Source of the DNA: Vicugna vicugna
Lineage: Eukaryota
Length of the DNA: 64,000 nucleotides
Direction: 5' to 3'
Assembly (NCBI GenBank): GCA_013265495.1
Contig: MU057711.1
Location: forward strand, 558,001-622,000
Shown here: one piece after another, positions 62,478 through 64,000 of the stretch
Layout of the letters: the number at the start of each line of letters is the position of its first letter
Position numbering within the stretch: the stretch's first letter is position 1
Position numbers and translations under genes: made by a program
The notes under the pieces: generated by a model
Seen by the model: the letters and a program-made list of their open reading frames with translations, nothing else
Databases searched by the model: none
What the model was told of the DNA's origin: nothing

Positions 62478-64000
62478 AGACTATTCCATGTCCTAGCACA
62501 TGCAAACAATCAACGTCCCTCCAAAAGTCACTCTGCAGTGAGCCATGCTAACAACCATCACTGTCCCTGTCCTTGCTACAGGCTGAGGGGGAGGGGCATG
62601 AGAGGCTCTAGGAAAGGGGTAAGAGTCAGACTGCTTAAGACTCAAATCCCACCTCTCTTCCTTCCTTCTTATACATCTATAGCTAAGTTACTAACCTCTT
62701 TGAGCCTCAGTTTCCACCTCTGGAAAATGGGAATAATAAAAGTGTCCATTTCATGGGGTGAGGTGAAGATTCAATGAACTTATTCATGTAAAAGTGCTCA
62801 TCATGGTGCCAGGCACAGTGCAGGGGCTCACCAGGTGTCAGGGTCGGTCTTCTTTTCTGGGCAGGACAGACCAATGGCAGCAAGGGCAGAAACAAGTACC
62901 AGGAGGTGAGTCATCTTTCAGTGCATGTGAATGAGCCACAGGGATCTGTGTAGCCTTGGCTCCCCACTGCCTTCATGGAAACACCTTCCTGAAATCATAG
63001 ACTGATTGGCTGGCTGGTGCTGAGCTGGCAGAAAATAAAGCATCATCCCCGAATACACAGCTGGTGTGGATTCCCATGGCCAGCACAGAGCGCCTGGTCT
63101 GCTTGCCCCATGGGGGAGTCACTGGACATCCATCAAGGCGAAGGCCAAACTCAGCCTGGGCAGCTGTTCTGGAGCCCAGTGACTTCAGATCAGGGTCACA
63201 TCCTGTGATGGGAGAAGGCTCAGGTCGGGAGGTCAGGACAGTGGACGGTTCAAAGATGCACTGCGTCCCTTCATGGGGAGAGCTGAACGTGGCAGGGAGC
63301 TGCCCGTGAAAGGAGCCCTCTCACTCGTGGCATTTTCAACCACATCCTTCTTGCTGTGGTCTGCTGATGGCCGAATTGCCTTAGCCAGGGCCTTAACACT
63401 CATCAGATGGGAGACCTACCTGCAGCCAGCTGTGCCTGCTTCCCCTCTGGTCCAGGACACACCTGCCAGGGTCTGGCCAGAGGAGGGCTGGAGAATGATT
63501 TGTTGGAGGCAAAGCCCACGAGCCCAGTCTTTGAGATGCTAGCCAATGGCATGTCTGCCCTCAATTTCAGCCTTTCCAGATTAAACCCTTAACATGCAAA
63601 TCTATCTTGGGAGTAGGAGGATGGAGGGGGACCTGCCAGATGAGTTCATCAGGGTGTCACGCACTCATTGCACTCATGTCGCTCGTTCTTGAGTGCTGTG
63701 TGCCAGGCTTGCCTTTCTCCATGTTTGGAAGGTTGGAACGATGGCATGGGACCAAGACGAAGGAGGGGAAGGGGTGGAAGGTTCACTGGCCATCACTGCT
63801 CTGAGCCACGTCCGGAGCTCAGCCTGGAGGCCGGGAGGCGGGTCTAGGACACCTCATTGAAACATCGGTAGTGCTTCCAATCCCAAGGAATGAGAAACAG
63901 CCAGATTGTGGCAACCACTGCACAAAAGCCCTTTGAATTTTCTTTTTTTTTTCTTCCAAATGTCACCATGAATCAGCAGCACTCACCCCTCAGCTGCTGG

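Noticed and set aside
1..64000. A novel multi-gene system or an identifiable host gene
   Set aside because: No exon or gene cluster could be supported from sequence alone. Small exons of a large gene cannot be excluded without alignment or RNA data.

Overview
Mammalian genomic DNA, CpG-depleted and rich in interspersed repeats. It is most likely camelid (Camelus/Vicugna), inferred from four tRNA-derived SINEs with the vic-1-like layout (tRNA head, (TAAA/TAGA)n, CCTAATTACCTCCCC-like segment, A tail) plus cetartiodactyl-type young L1 3' ends. I see no credible protein-coding exon; the ORF track is mostly chance ORFs, L1 ORF2 remnants and pseudogene fragments. The one gene-derived feature is a full-length processed ferritin light chain (FTL) pseudogene at 19684-20803. 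Its 5' part, including a loop-mutated iron-responsive element, is tandemly duplicated. It lies in an old L1MC-like element that also hosts a twin-primed young L1, which in turn carries a solo ERV1-type LTR. Other notable items: three 203-366 bp tandem duplications within 9.5 kb, a second clean solo LTR, a SINE-in-SINE insertion, two L1 insertions stacked at one target site, a CpG-rich TATA/AP-1/ETS element near 15 kb, CTCF-like motifs and a short telomere-like tract. I found no evidence for a new multi-gene system. Repeat subfamily names come from recalled consensus sequences, not a search, and boundaries without a target-site duplication (TSD) are approximate.
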